From IMG/VR virus record IMGVR_UViG_3300045988_100778, positions 32,001 through 96,000 of that record: DNA of 64,000 bases. One strand, given 5' to 3'. The position numbers and the translations under genes are program-made. Below the pieces are notes generated by a model, which was given only the letters and a program-made list of their open reading frames with translations, did not search any database and had not been told where the DNA came from. This DNA is from a virus. Below, one piece after another: positions 53,421 through 63,519 of the stretch; position 1 is the stretch's first letter; the number at the start of each line of letters is the position of its first letter.

Positions 53421-55904
53421 ATGATAGTAAAAAATATTGAAATAAAGCGTCGGGCAAAGACCGTATTAGGGTCAATGCCCGATATAGATACCGACTTTCC
53501 CGGCAGAAGACGGGACGAAATAAAAGCTTACATGGAAGAACGGTTCGGCAAGGAGCAGGTTTGTTCGCTTGGCACCTATACTACCTTCCAATTAAAAGAG
53601 GCAATATCCGATATGGCGCGTGCAGACGGTATACCAGTACAGTTATACAGATGGTTTACCGCTTGTATTGGAGATGATAAAGAAAAGACGATAGAAGAGT
53701 TTTTCAAGACTGTATGTGGGAAAGAGGACCTAAAGAAGTTTGTCAAGGAACATACAGAAACGTTTAATGATATGATGGTAATTCTTGGTTCGCCTAAAAG
53801 CCAGTCAGTGCATGCGTGCGGAACCGTAGTATTGCCGGACGGGAAAACATCCTATGAGTGGATGCCCGTACATACACAAAAAGGACTTGTGGTTACGGAC
53901 TGGGAAGGTTCGGAAGTGGAAGAGGCAGGCTTCTTAAAAGAAGACGTTTTGGGGATTATCCAGTTGGACAAGTTCGAGGAAATGTTACGCTTGATAAAGG
54001 AAAATCACGGAATAGACGTTGACATATACAGATTGCCTTTGGACGATAAACAAGTATTCGAGTATGCAGGCAAAGGATGGCTGGGCGATGTTTTCCAGCT
54101 TGGTTCAGCCGGATTATCGGGATATTGTGTAAAGATGAAACCGGAAAACATAAACGAACTGTCTGCATGTGTAGCCCTCTATAGACCCGGACCTATGGAA
54201 AACAATTTTCACAATGAATATATTTTGCGGAAGAACGGGGAAAAGGACTGGACGGAAGAAATGCCTATAGGTGGGGAAGAAGTGGTGGAGAACACTTATG
54301 GGCTGATGTTGTTCCAGGAACAAATTATGTTATTTTGTCAAAAATTAGCAGATTTTAACTTAGAGAAGTGTGATTCAGTTCGGAAAGTTTTAGGTAAAAA
54401 ACTATTACAGAAAGCAAAGGAGTACGGGGATGATTTCGTGAACGGGTATGTAAAGAAGTACGGTTCTAAAGGAGTTACAAAAGAATATGCGGAAAATCTT
54501 TGGAAACAGATGGAGGAGTTTGCGAAATATTCGTTTAATAAGTGCTTGCATGGAGACGAGAAGATTTACCCTAATGAATTAACAATCAAAGAACTGTATG
54601 AAAAAGGAGTTGAGGACATTCCAGCAGTAACGATGGGAAAGTACGGTGAATTTATTCCTACCAAAGTAAGGGGAATAAGATATGCAGGGAAACGCTTCAT
54701 CTATAAGATACAAACGAGCGATGGGGCAACAGTGAGATGTTCCGGAAACCATAAATTCCCTACACCGGAAGGATATAAATACGCTTTCCTTTTAAGAAAG
54801 GGAGATGTGCTGTATACCTATAAACACGGAATGAGGGTAAATGTGGAAGTCGTTTTTGCTTATGTGATGGATGCGGAACCGACCTATGATGTTGAGATAG
54901 ACCACCCGGAACATAACTTTGTCACTGGGGAAGGTGTCGTAACATGTAACAGTCACTCCGTATGTTATGGTATGACCGCTTATATATGCCTATGGCTTAA
55001 AGTACATTATCCTATTGAGTATTGGAGTGCTACATTCTCGTTTGCGAAGGACGAAAAGATACCCTATTATGTAAACGAAATACAGCAGTCCGGTGAGATA
55101 AAGATACATCCGGTAGACATCAACAAGTCAGATGTAAATATCGTGTCCGATTACCGGACAAGCAGCATGTACTGGGCATTCAATGCAGTAAAGCAATGCG
55201 GAGAAAGGGCGCAGGAATATATATCGGAAGAGAAAAAGAAGAATGGTCCGTTTTTCTCCTTGGAGGAATTTATAGACCGATGTGTGATTAAAGGCAGTCC
55301 GGTAAATAAATCTGTCATTGAGAACTTGACATTTGCAGGCGCATTTGACGAATTAGAGAATATCCAGGAACCGAAAGACCGTTTGGCCCTTATTGAGATG
55401 TATCGAGAAAATAAACGGGTCAAAGTATTGGAGGATAAGGATTTACTTACCAATATTATGAAAGTTCGTAAAGAACGCAATAACTGGTGGTGGTTGTTAC
55501 AACAAAAAAGAACGTCCGGTTTTGCATTTTTTGATTATTATGATTTGGTGAATGAATATCATATGCCTAAATTAGACGACGAAACGGAGTTCCAGGACGT
55601 GTCTCAGATAAAATTTTGGGACATAAATTCCAAGAAAACCCGTCGTGCCGTGATAGGCGGTTATGTAATTGAGATAATAGAGAGAAAAAGCAAGAAGGGT
55701 ATATTTGCCACTATAGTATTGGAAAGTAATTATGAGTTTATAAATGTAACTATTTTTCCAGAGTTGTTTGAAGAATACGGAGAGTTTTTAAGGGGTAGTA
55801 AAAAGAACATTTTGTTGGTTAATGGCGTGATTGTGTGGGATAAGTTCAGAGGAGAATATATTTTGCAGGCGAATGTTAATTCATTGTTTACAGTATTGAC
55901 GTAA
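53421..55904 (+). CDS. dnaE: DNA polymerase III alpha, polymerase-core part, with a mini-intein
   Basis: Resumes at SMPDIDTDF; ALYRPGPME; FNK|SH motif split by the intein; +1 frame relative to the N-terminal part. Confidence 0.8.
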   Translation: MIVKNIEIKRRAKTVLGSMPDIDTDFPGRRRDEIKAYMEERFGKEQVCSLGTYTTFQLKEAISDMARADGIPVQLYRWFTACIGDDKEKTIEEFFKTVCGKEDLKKFVKEHTETFNDMMVILGSPKSQSVHACGTVVLPDGKTSYEWMPVHTQKGLVVTDWEGSEVEEAGFLKEDVLGIIQLDKFEEMLRLIKENHGIDVDIYRLPLDDKQVFEYAGKGWLGDVFQLGSAGLSGYCVKMKPENINELSACVALYRPGPMENNFHNEYILRKNGEKDWTEEMPIGGEEVVENTYGLMLFQEQIMLFCQKLADFNLEKCDSVRKVLGKKLLQKAKEYGDDFVNGYVKKYGSKGVTKEYAENLWKQMEEFAKYSFNKCLHGDEKIYPNELTIKELYEKGVEDIPAVTMGKYGEFIPTKVRGIRYAGKRFIYKIQTSDGATVRCSGNHKFPTPEGYKYAFLLRKGDVLYTYKHGMRVNVEVVFAYVMDAEPTYDVEIDHPEHNFVTGEGVVTCNSHSVCYGMTAYICLWLKVHYPIEYWSATFSFAKDEKIPYYVNEIQQSGEIKIHPVDINKSDVNIVSDYRTSSMYWAFNAVKQCGERAQEYISEEKKKNGPFFSLEEFIDRCVIKGSPVNKSVIENLTFAGAFDELENIQEPKDRLALIEMYRENKRVKVLEDKDLLTNIMKVRKERNNWWWLLQQKRTSGFAFFDYYDLVNEYHMPKLDDETEFQDVSQIKFWDINSKKTRRAVIGGYVIEIIERKSKKGIFATIVLESNYEFINVTIFPELFEEYGEFLRGSKKNILLVNGVIVWDKFRGEYILQANVNSLFTVLT
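54543..54950 (+). mobile_element. mini-intein (136 aa) in the DnaE FNKSH motif
   Basis: CLHGDEKIY.. start, SGNHKF block B, YDVEIDHPEHNFVTGEGVVTCN end followed by Ser; removal restores YSFNKSHSVCYG. Confidence 0.8.
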
Positions 55905-55916
55905 AATATTTTTGAT

Positions 55917-56447
55917 ATGAAAATTATGGTAGAAATCGGTACCAAGACCGTTGTTTTGGTATCACCGGACAAGGACGAGGAGATAGAACTCGATGATGTT
56001 ACGACAATCAATTACTCGAATCTTTATGGAGAGGCGGTAACGGTATCTGGATTGCTTAACAAGGTCGGTTTGATGAAAGTTGAATACGAAAAGAAAGCGA
56101 AGGAAGAGAAACTGTTTTGCGATGTATTTGCAGCTAATTTAAGGAAGAAATTAAGACGAGAAGCGGCTACGAATGGAGGAAGAATAACGATTGATGGAGA
56201 ATCTTTTAAGCTGACTGAAAAAGGGTTGGAGGATGCTATATTACTCAATGAACAGTATCAGAAAAATTTGATGAATCTTATTGAGATAGAATCGAAGAGA
56301 GACAAGTTAGACACCCTATTTTGGGCAGTACAAAGCAAGGACAAGAAACTTAACAATTTGTTACCAAAGATTGTACCGCAAGACTTTGAAAAAGAGCTTA
56401 TTGAAGGAAAGATAAATACTTTTAAGATAGTAAAAACTGATTATTAA
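55917..56447 (+). CDS. hypothetical protein (replication/recombination module)
   Basis: 176-aa ORF between dnaE and the SSB-like gene. Confidence 0.4.
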   Translation: MKIMVEIGTKTVVLVSPDKDEEIELDDVTTINYSNLYGEAVTVSGLLNKVGLMKVEYEKKAKEEKLFCDVFAANLRKKLRREAATNGGRITIDGESFKLTEKGLEDAILLNEQYQKNLMNLIEIESKRDKLDTLFWAVQSKDKKLNNLLPKIVPQDFEKELIEGKINTFKIVKTDY

Positions 56448-56466
56448 TTTTTAAAAAATTTGTGTT

Positions 56467-57804
56467 ATGGCTTTTGATAGAAGTAAGTACAAAAAAGCGA
56501 GTGTAGAATCAATTGATGAAACAGTAGGAAAAGCAGCCGCAACAATGAGCGGTGGTTTTGGACAAGGCGGCAGAGCCTCATTTTTTAATCTGAGCGAAGA
56601 CGGAAGATATGTATTGCGCGTATTGCCGTCGTTGACAGGGAAACCCTATATGCCGAGAAAGACGGTTAAACTTCCTATCGAATGTGCGGTATATGACAAG
56701 GACGGGAAAGACACCGGAAAGAAGGAAATCAGACAAAGAGACGTCTTTACTTCTGATATCCACAGCAACCGGATGAACGGTGAGGATGCAGTATTGACCT
56801 ATATCAGTCATGTGTATAACCTGGCAAACGATATCCAGGACAAGGACGAGCGCGCAAAATTCCTCTATCCTATCAGCGGTTATCGCAACAAGCAGAAACA
56901 GTGGGTATGGGGCATGAAAGCCATGCTTAACTATGTGGCTTATGTATGGGCAGAAAACGACGTGTACCGTCTTGATTTGCGCCCGGATTGGTGGAAGAAA
57001 ATGAAGAACATTTCTATGGAGCGCGCAGGCGGTTCTGACGATGGTATTATTAATCTTGACATCTTTTCTGACCCGGACGAAGGTTATCCGTTGATTGTCA
57101 ATGTCACCACGGACGAAAACAAAAAGAAAAATTTTGACATTACTTGTGGTATGCCGGATGCTAATAAGCGCCAGACTTGGGACGATTTCTTTGCTAAAAA
57201 CCGTGTATCAGACGAAGTGTTCGGTATCATGGAAGAATTGCCTACCCTGGATGATATGTATGTAGATGTCTTTTCACGTAAAGACTGGGATATGCAGTTG
57301 GAAGGATTGGAAAGAATCGACGAGGAACAATCATACGGTATTTTCCAAGACGACGTATTCTTGAACAAGCTCGAAGAACTTGACAAGTTGGTTCCGGAAG
57401 AGGACGAAATCAAGGAAAAGAAAGCTCCTAAGAAAGCCCCCGAGACAAAGAAGGTGAAAACGGAGGAACCGAAAGAAGAGCCAACAAAGACGGAAAAGAA
57501 GACAGGCGGTTATCCTACATTAACGAACCTCAAAAAAGAACTCCGTGCCTACATTGCCGATAACTACGAAGACAAGGAATTACCGGAAGAGTTGACCGTA
57601 GCCGAACTCCGTAAATGGTACGACATTGCACAGGAAGGTGGCGAACTGCCTTTTGAGGATTACGAAGAGCCGGAAAATGAAGAACAAGGAGCGGCAGACC
57701 CAGAACCGGAAGATACGGCAGTTGAAGAAAGGGAAGCATCAGCAAGCGTTCCTAATTCCATTGCGTCGCGCTTAAGAAACTTGAAAGCAAGAACTTCAAA
57801 ATAA
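56467..57804 (+). CDS. gp32-like single-stranded DNA-binding protein (tentative)
   Basis: GRYVLRVLPS resembles T4 gp32 ..AVIRFLPS; long acidic C-terminal tail; position in the replication module. Confidence 0.45.
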   Translation: MAFDRSKYKKASVESIDETVGKAAATMSGGFGQGGRASFFNLSEDGRYVLRVLPSLTGKPYMPRKTVKLPIECAVYDKDGKDTGKKEIRQRDVFTSDIHSNRMNGEDAVLTYISHVYNLANDIQDKDERAKFLYPISGYRNKQKQWVWGMKAMLNYVAYVWAENDVYRLDLRPDWWKKMKNISMERAGGSDDGIINLDIFSDPDEGYPLIVNVTTDENKKKNFDITCGMPDANKRQTWDDFFAKNRVSDEVFGIMEELPTLDDMYVDVFSRKDWDMQLEGLERIDEEQSYGIFQDDVFLNKLEELDKLVPEEDEIKEKKAPKKAPETKKVKTEEPKEEPTKTEKKTGGYPTLTNLKKELRAYIADNYEDKELPEELTVAELRKWYDIAQEGGELPFEDYEEPENEEQGAADPEPEDTAVEEREASASVPNSIASRLRNLKARTSK

Positions 57805-57829
57805 AGTAATATATAATTACCTCACACAA

Positions 57830-57852
57830 GGAAGGGTAATTTCTACCCTTCC
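57830..57852 (+). terminator. terminator candidate
   Basis: Stem GGAAGGGTA/TACCCTTCC with a 5-nt loop; weak T tract. Confidence 0.45.
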
Positions 57853-57867
57853 ATTATTCCTATTATT

Positions 57868-58488
57868 ATGAAAAATCTTTACAGAATAATTCTCATTTCG
57901 GGGATGATAATAATACTCATATTGTTATTCTTATCTATCAAGAAAGCAAGGGAGAATGAAAGGTTGTTATATGAAGTGGAATTTTATACCGATTCCTTAA
58001 ACAGATACACAAAGGTTTACAATTCCGAAAGTTTTTCTAAATTGAAAAAAGAAAACAAAGAATTATACAACCGATTGAAGGAAAAGGAAGCACTTGTAGA
58101 GGCAGTGGAATTTGAATGGAAATACAAGTACGAAGGACTGGAAAGGGAGGTTTCCGAATTGAGGAAAACGGACAGCCTCTATACATTCAAGGAAGAAACC
58201 GATACGGTAGGATATGATTTGCAAGTATGGGCTACACACCTGGCAAAGTATAAGATTAACTTCAATATAACCAACAAATTTTTATTGACAAACCAGCGTA
58301 TAGGGGACAGTAACCGTATGGAGATAACTTCCCAGTTGCCCGGAAAGATAGGTGATGTTACAATGTGGACGAAACCGGATAAAAAGAAAAGATTCGGGTT
58401 CGGGGTGTCGGTAGGTGCCGGATATGGAGTATTCAACAAGGATTTTGACGTGTTTGTGGGATTAAGTGGAACATATATAATTTGGTAA
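57868..58488 (+). CDS. membrane-anchored hypothetical protein
   Basis: N-terminal hydrophobic helix IILISGMIIILILLFLSI. Confidence 0.4.
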   Translation: MKNLYRIILISGMIIILILLFLSIKKARENERLLYEVEFYTDSLNRYTKVYNSESFSKLKKENKELYNRLKEKEALVEAVEFEWKYKYEGLEREVSELRKTDSLYTFKEETDTVGYDLQVWATHLAKYKINFNITNKFLLTNQRIGDSNRMEITSQLPGKIGDVTMWTKPDKKKRFGFGVSVGAGYGVFNKDFDVFVGLSGTYIIW

Positions 58489-58492
58489 GATT

Positions 58493-58696
58493 ATGTTTGT
58501 ACAGATAAACAATAAGAGGATAAAGATTACCTCTATCAGCAGATACAATGACGAGGGATATTCACAGTCAACCAAGAAGTTCAGAATAGCTTTGAAAATA
58601 TCCAATGTCTGGGAAAGCTTCTATTTTGACAAGGAAGTAGAGAAAGATAATGTTTTGAAAAATCTTGACAATACATTAAAGGTAACTGCATTATGA
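58493..58696 (+). CDS. small hypothetical protein
   Basis: 67-aa ORF, ATGA-coupled to sbcD. Confidence 0.4.
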   Translation: MFVQINNKRIKITSISRYNDEGYSQSTKKFRIALKISNVWESFYFDKEVEKDNVLKNLDNTLKVTAL

Positions 58697-59721
58697 CCGG
58701 GAAAATGATAATAAGTACAGACTGGCATTTGAAGCCGTCCAATATCGAAGAAATAACGGAATTGCAAAGGCAGGAATTGAACGTAGCGGAAGACAACGGT
58801 ATAACCAATCATGTGTGGCTTGGCGATATATTCGATTCCCGTATATCACAGAGACAAGATGTTTTAAATGCTTTTTCTTCTATTCTCGATATGTATGCAA
58901 TGAGGGGTCATAAAATATATTGCATTCCAGGAAATCACGATAAGAGCGATTATAGTTCGGACAGGTCGTTTTTGGACGCTTTTAAATACCATAAAGGGTT
59001 CAGATTAATTACCGGACTGGACGCTTTCGGGATAGGCGGTATATTCTGCTATTTTATGCCGTTTTTCGATAATGTGATTTGGTTAAAAGAAATGAAAGAT
59101 GTACTAAAGGAAAAAGACCATAAGACGCATGTACTATTTACTCATATCGCATTTCAAGGAAGTAGGAATAATGACGGTAGTGAGGTGGAAAGCGATATAA
59201 AACCCTCTCTGTTTAAAAACTTTGGTATGGTGTTTTCCGGGCATTATCACGATACCCAGGAGATAGGAAAGAATATCGTGCACTTGGGAAGCATCACCCA
59301 GAACAATTTCGGAGAAGACGATAAAAAGGGGTTCTGGTTATTGGATGATGATTTGACCTATGCGTTTATTCCGTCAAAAGGGAAACGATACAGAAAGGTT
59401 ACTGTAAACCTGGAAAATACGACATTCAAGCAAGCCGACAAGATTGTAAAGGATTTTCAGAAGAAAAACAAGGAAGATTTTGTGCGCGTGGAATTCGTAG
59501 GTACGAAAGATGCAATTTCCTCCATTGACAAGGAAGAGTATAGAAAGCTTGGTGTGGATGTCAAAGTTAAGTCCGTAGAACTGGAAACGGAAGAGGTGGA
59601 GACAGCAGAAGAAATCAAAGCTTTGTCCGGTTCCGATATTGCAGAAAAATTCAAGGAATTTTGTAAACAAAATGATTACTCCTATAATGAAGGAATGGAA
59701 ATTTTAAAGGAGGTGTTATAA
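58693..59721 (+). CDS. sbcD: SbcD/Mre11-like nuclease
   Basis: Metallophosphoesterase motifs STDWH, LGDIFD, PGNHD, FTHIAFQG, SGHYH. Confidence 0.8.
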   Translation: MTGKMIISTDWHLKPSNIEEITELQRQELNVAEDNGITNHVWLGDIFDSRISQRQDVLNAFSSILDMYAMRGHKIYCIPGNHDKSDYSSDRSFLDAFKYHKGFRLITGLDAFGIGGIFCYFMPFFDNVIWLKEMKDVLKEKDHKTHVLFTHIAFQGSRNNDGSEVESDIKPSLFKNFGMVFSGHYHDTQEIGKNIVHLGSITQNNFGEDDKKGFWLLDDDLTYAFIPSKGKRYRKVTVNLENTTFKQADKIVKDFQKKNKEDFVRVEFVGTKDAISSIDKEEYRKLGVDVKVKSVELETEEVETAEEIKALSGSDIAEKFKEFCKQNDYSYNEGMEILKEVL

Positions 59722-60692
59722 TGGGATTGGAAGAATTATTTGGAAGAATAGAAAAGCGCTTCGGAAAGGAAGCGGTAGTAGGCAACGATATAAAGGTAGA
59801 CACTGTGTCTTCCGGCAGCATGGCATTAGATGAAATATTGGGAGGCGGTTTTGCGCTTGGAAGAATACACGAAATATACGGAGGATTTTCGAGCGGCAAA
59901 AGCTCTGCGGCATTACATCTAAGTGCGTCTATACAAAAAACACTTGGAAAAGCGGTGGGTTATGTGGATACGGAACAAGCGCTTGACCTGGAATACGCAA
60001 AAGCGCTTGGAGTTGATTTAAGCCGCGACAAGTGGATAATGTCACAGCCGGATAGTGCGGAACAGGCGCTTGAAATCGTGCGTGAGATGCTGGAGGTGCC
60101 GGATATCGGATTGGTGGTGCTTGATTCGGTTGCCGGATTGGTGCCGGAAGCTGTTTTACAGGGTGAGGCAGGAGATGCAAAGATAGCGCTTGTTGCGCGT
60201 CTTATGTCACAGCAGCTAAGTATCTTAAAGAATGTATGTAAGAAAAACGGAAACATCCTCCTATGTATCAATCAGACGAGACAGAAAATCGGGGGTATGG
60301 GATTCGGCCCTACAACAACCACACCAGGAGGCGAAGCACTTAAATTCTATGCCACCCAAAGAGCGGAATTTGCCCGTATAGGCACGGAAAAGACCGATGG
60401 AGTGGCAACCGCCAACAAGACACAAATAAAGGTTGTAAAGAATAAGATTGCACCCCCTTTCCGTGTATGCCAAGTAATGTTAGAGTACGGTGTAGGATTC
60501 GATACGGTACAAGAGCTTATAGATATGTCCATAAGAGAGGGTATTTGCTCTAAAAAGGGTGCTTGGTTTTACTATGGCGAGACCCGGTTAGGACAGGGAA
60601 TGGATAACGCTAAAAAAGCGTTATTGAATAAGGATTTGTTTAATGAAATTAAAAATAAATTGATAGATACGTTATGTACCCCGAAAGATTGA
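59721..60692 (+). CDS. recA: RecA/UvsX-type recombinase
   Basis: Walker A GGFSSGKS, VVLDSVAGL, INQTRQKIGGMGFGPTTTTPGGEALKFY. Confidence 0.85.
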   Translation: MGLEELFGRIEKRFGKEAVVGNDIKVDTVSSGSMALDEILGGGFALGRIHEIYGGFSSGKSSAALHLSASIQKTLGKAVGYVDTEQALDLEYAKALGVDLSRDKWIMSQPDSAEQALEIVREMLEVPDIGLVVLDSVAGLVPEAVLQGEAGDAKIALVARLMSQQLSILKNVCKKNGNILLCINQTRQKIGGMGFGPTTTTPGGEALKFYATQRAEFARIGTEKTDGVATANKTQIKVVKNKIAPPFRVCQVMLEYGVGFDTVQELIDMSIREGICSKKGAWFYYGETRLGQGMDNAKKALLNKDLFNEIKNKLIDTLCTPKD

Positions 60693-62674
60693 TATTAAGA
60701 AATTTTTTGTCATTTGAAGAACTTGATTACACCTTTACAAAAGAAACTTTGGGTGTGACTGGGGAGAACCGGACAGAGGAAGACCAGCTAACGAACGGAG
60801 TGGGGAAGAGCACTATCGCACAAGGATTGTTCTACGCGATATATGGCGTTAATCTAAGAGGAAAGGAAGACAAGAAACTGATACGTAAAGGTACGAAAGA
60901 AGCCTATACTAAAGTTGAAATATTTTGTCAAAAACGGAAAGAAACACTGATAATTGAGCGTACAATTCCGTTGAAAAGTTCTTCCAAAGTATCACTGACC
61001 CTAAAGAAAGATGATGTGGAGACACCCGTAACGGTAGCTACTGTGTTGGACGCGAATAAATACGTGATTAACTGGATTGAGATTACACCGGAAGATGCCA
61101 AGTCCTATTATATCGTAACCAAGGGTAATTATTCGTCTTTTTTTCGTTCGTCCAATACGGAGAAACTTGCCTTGATAAGTCGCTTTGTCAATTTCTCCAA
61201 TATTGACAAGACAAAAGGCGTGATTTCCGAAAAAGTCGGAATATTGGAACAAGAATTGCACAAAGAAGAATGCTTGAAAAATGTTGCGGAAGGCAAGAAA
61301 CAAGCCTATGAGGAACAGATACAGCAAGTGTTAAGCGAAGACCCGGAAGAAAAGAAAAAGGGTATTATAGGTGAGATTCAGTCAGAAATATATTCTTTAC
61401 AAATTCTTAACGAAGACCTTGTAAGGATGCGCATTCCTAAAGCAGAAAAGAACATTGAAAATGTAGACAAGGATATTGAAGACCTTGTAAAGTTAAAAGA
61501 AGATGTAAGCAAAGAACTTGAAAGTTTTGATATGGACGTTTACAAGGACACCTATAAAGAAATAGACACGGGAATAGCCGGGTTAAGGAAAGACAAGTCA
61601 AACAAGGAAGAAAGGCGTAAAGATTACGCATTGAAATTAGCTGATTATGAGAAGAAATTACAGAAGGTTGAAGTATTGCTTTCTGGCGTCATTGTGTGCC
61701 CTAACTGCAATCATAAGTTTTTTATGGATGCTGACAAGGATTTTGAAGAACTGGAGGCTGACAAAGAGGCTTATAAAACAGCCATTGACAAGAATACGGT
61801 AAAGAAAAATGAATATGAAACCTCTATTAATGAACTGGAAGACCTTATCTCCCAATACCAGGATGTAAGGAAGGAAACGGAGGAGGAAGAACGCAAATTG
61901 CGTGTCCGTCGTGGAAAGGTGGTTGACAAGCTGATGGAGGTGGAAGACCGTATAAGGGAGTTTGAACGTGAGAAGAAAGGATATGAAAATTCTATTGTAA
62001 AAATGCGTTCAGAAGTCGAAACAAACCGTTCTCTCATTGATTCCAAGACCAGGTATATAGAGGAGTTGAAAAAGCAAAAAGCAGAAAGACCATCTATCAA
62101 AGACCAGGAAAAGGCGATAGAAAAACTTTCCAAGGACATAGAGGAAGGCAATAAAAAAATTCTTGACAAGAAAAACGAGATTTTCAAAGTACAGCAATGG
62201 GATAGCCGTTTTAAAGACTTTAAGATGTATCTGGCAATGGAGCAGATAAAGAATATCCAAAGCGCGGCCAATGATGTACTAAAGAAAATGAAAAGCGATT
62301 TGCGTCTGATGATTGAAGGTTTCAAACGGAACGCGAACGGAACATTGAAAGAGGAGATAACACCCTATGTTTTCCGTGATGAAATGGAAAGCTTTTTCTT
62401 CTATTCGGGCGGTGAACAGGCACGTGTGGAAGTGGCTCTTATCATTGCTATACAAAGTATGATTAACGCGACAAAACAGTACGGAGGTATGGATTTCTTA
62501 CTGTTGGATGAAGTGCTGGAAAGCAGCGATTCCCTGGGTATAGAGAATATAATAGCTTCTACAGAGTTTCTGAAACAATCGATATTGATTGTTACGCATG
62601 TACCAAAACTCAATGACGAGATAAAACAATTGAAAGTAATCAAAGAAAACGGAATATCAAGACTGGAGGTGTAA
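60674..62674 (+). CDS. sbcC: SbcC/Rad50-like ATPase
   Basis: Walker A NGVGKST, long coiled coil with a CPNC zinc hook, signature YSGGEQ, Walker B LLLDEV. Confidence 0.8.
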   Translation: MYPERLILRNFLSFEELDYTFTKETLGVTGENRTEEDQLTNGVGKSTIAQGLFYAIYGVNLRGKEDKKLIRKGTKEAYTKVEIFCQKRKETLIIERTIPLKSSSKVSLTLKKDDVETPVTVATVLDANKYVINWIEITPEDAKSYYIVTKGNYSSFFRSSNTEKLALISRFVNFSNIDKTKGVISEKVGILEQELHKEECLKNVAEGKKQAYEEQIQQVLSEDPEEKKKGIIGEIQSEIYSLQILNEDLVRMRIPKAEKNIENVDKDIEDLVKLKEDVSKELESFDMDVYKDTYKEIDTGIAGLRKDKSNKEERRKDYALKLADYEKKLQKVEVLLSGVIVCPNCNHKFFMDADKDFEELEADKEAYKTAIDKNTVKKNEYETSINELEDLISQYQDVRKETEEEERKLRVRRGKVVDKLMEVEDRIREFEREKKGYENSIVKMRSEVETNRSLIDSKTRYIEELKKQKAERPSIKDQEKAIEKLSKDIEEGNKKILDKKNEIFKVQQWDSRFKDFKMYLAMEQIKNIQSAANDVLKKMKSDLRLMIEGFKRNANGTLKEEITPYVFRDEMESFFFYSGGEQARVEVALIIAIQSMINATKQYGGMDFLLLDEVLESSDSLGIENIIASTEFLKQSILIVTHVPKLNDEIKQLKVIKENGISRLEV

Positions 62675-62675
62675 A

Positions 62676-63191
62676 ATGAAAGTATTTTTAGGATTTGACC
62701 CCGGAACAAAGGGGTTTGTATCAATGATTGCGGAAGACGGGTCTTTTATCAAGGCAGAACCTATCTTTAAGGACATTAAGGTAGTAGACATGATAGAGAC
62801 GGCAAACAGATTGCTTGCTTTTGTCGAAGGGTATGAAGTCCGGCACGTTGTAATAGAGGATGTACACGCATTATACGGTTCTTCGGCAAAAGGAACATTT
62901 ACGTTCGGTTATAATTCGTGCGTACCGGAATTTTTCTGTGCCATTGCTGGATTACCCTACACAAAGATACCGCCTAAAAAATGGCAGTCGGACATGCATA
63001 AGGGTATAAAGATGGTAACAAAAAATGACGGAACCAAAACGGTAAAGGATGTAAAGAAAATGAGTATCGTGGCTGCACACCGTATTTTCCCGGACGTGAG
63101 TTTAAAACGCTCCAGCAGGAGCCTAAAGGACGATGATAACTTTGCCGATTCCTTATTGATGGCTGAATATGGACGTAGACATTTTAAATAA
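62676..63191 (+). CDS. ruvC: RuvC-like Holliday junction resolvase
   Basis: LGFDPGTKG, VVIEDVH, DDDNFADSLLMAEY acidic catalytic motifs. Confidence 0.7.
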   Translation: MKVFLGFDPGTKGFVSMIAEDGSFIKAEPIFKDIKVVDMIETANRLLAFVEGYEVRHVVIEDVHALYGSSAKGTFTFGYNSCVPEFFCAIAGLPYTKIPPKKWQSDMHKGIKMVTKNDGTKTVKDVKKMSIVAAHRIFPDVSLKRSSRSLKDDDNFADSLLMAEYGRRHFK

Positions 63192-63198
63192 CAATGGT

Positions 63199-63519
63199 AT
63201 GGAAGAATATATAAGAAAAAGTTTTATAACGCCTAATGCAGCAATAAAGGTTGCTTGTTTTAAGGCAGGAATGACAGAAGAAGATTATTATAATACATTG
63301 GGAGAATGCCGAATGTATGGTGATGATAAGGAAAAGAACGAAGAGTATCAAAGGGAATTGTGTCGGAAGATATTCAGACCGACACCGGAAGAAGAGGAGG
63401 AAGATATCAACAGATGGAAAGAAGACGGTGCAAAAGTTATGAGTTTCGAGGATTGTGTAACCTTGGTATTGGAAGGATTACCAGTTAAAACAAAGAAAGA
63501 TGATATATTGGAAATGTGA
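63199..63519 (+). CDS. hypothetical protein
   Basis: ATG 63199 lies just after the ruvC stop (the ORF-track start at 63169 overlaps ruvC). Confidence 0.4.
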   Translation: MEEYIRKSFITPNAAIKVACFKAGMTEEDYYNTLGECRMYGDDKEKNEEYQRELCRKIFRPTPEEEEEDINRWKEDGAKVMSFEDCVTLVLEGLPVKTKKDDILEM

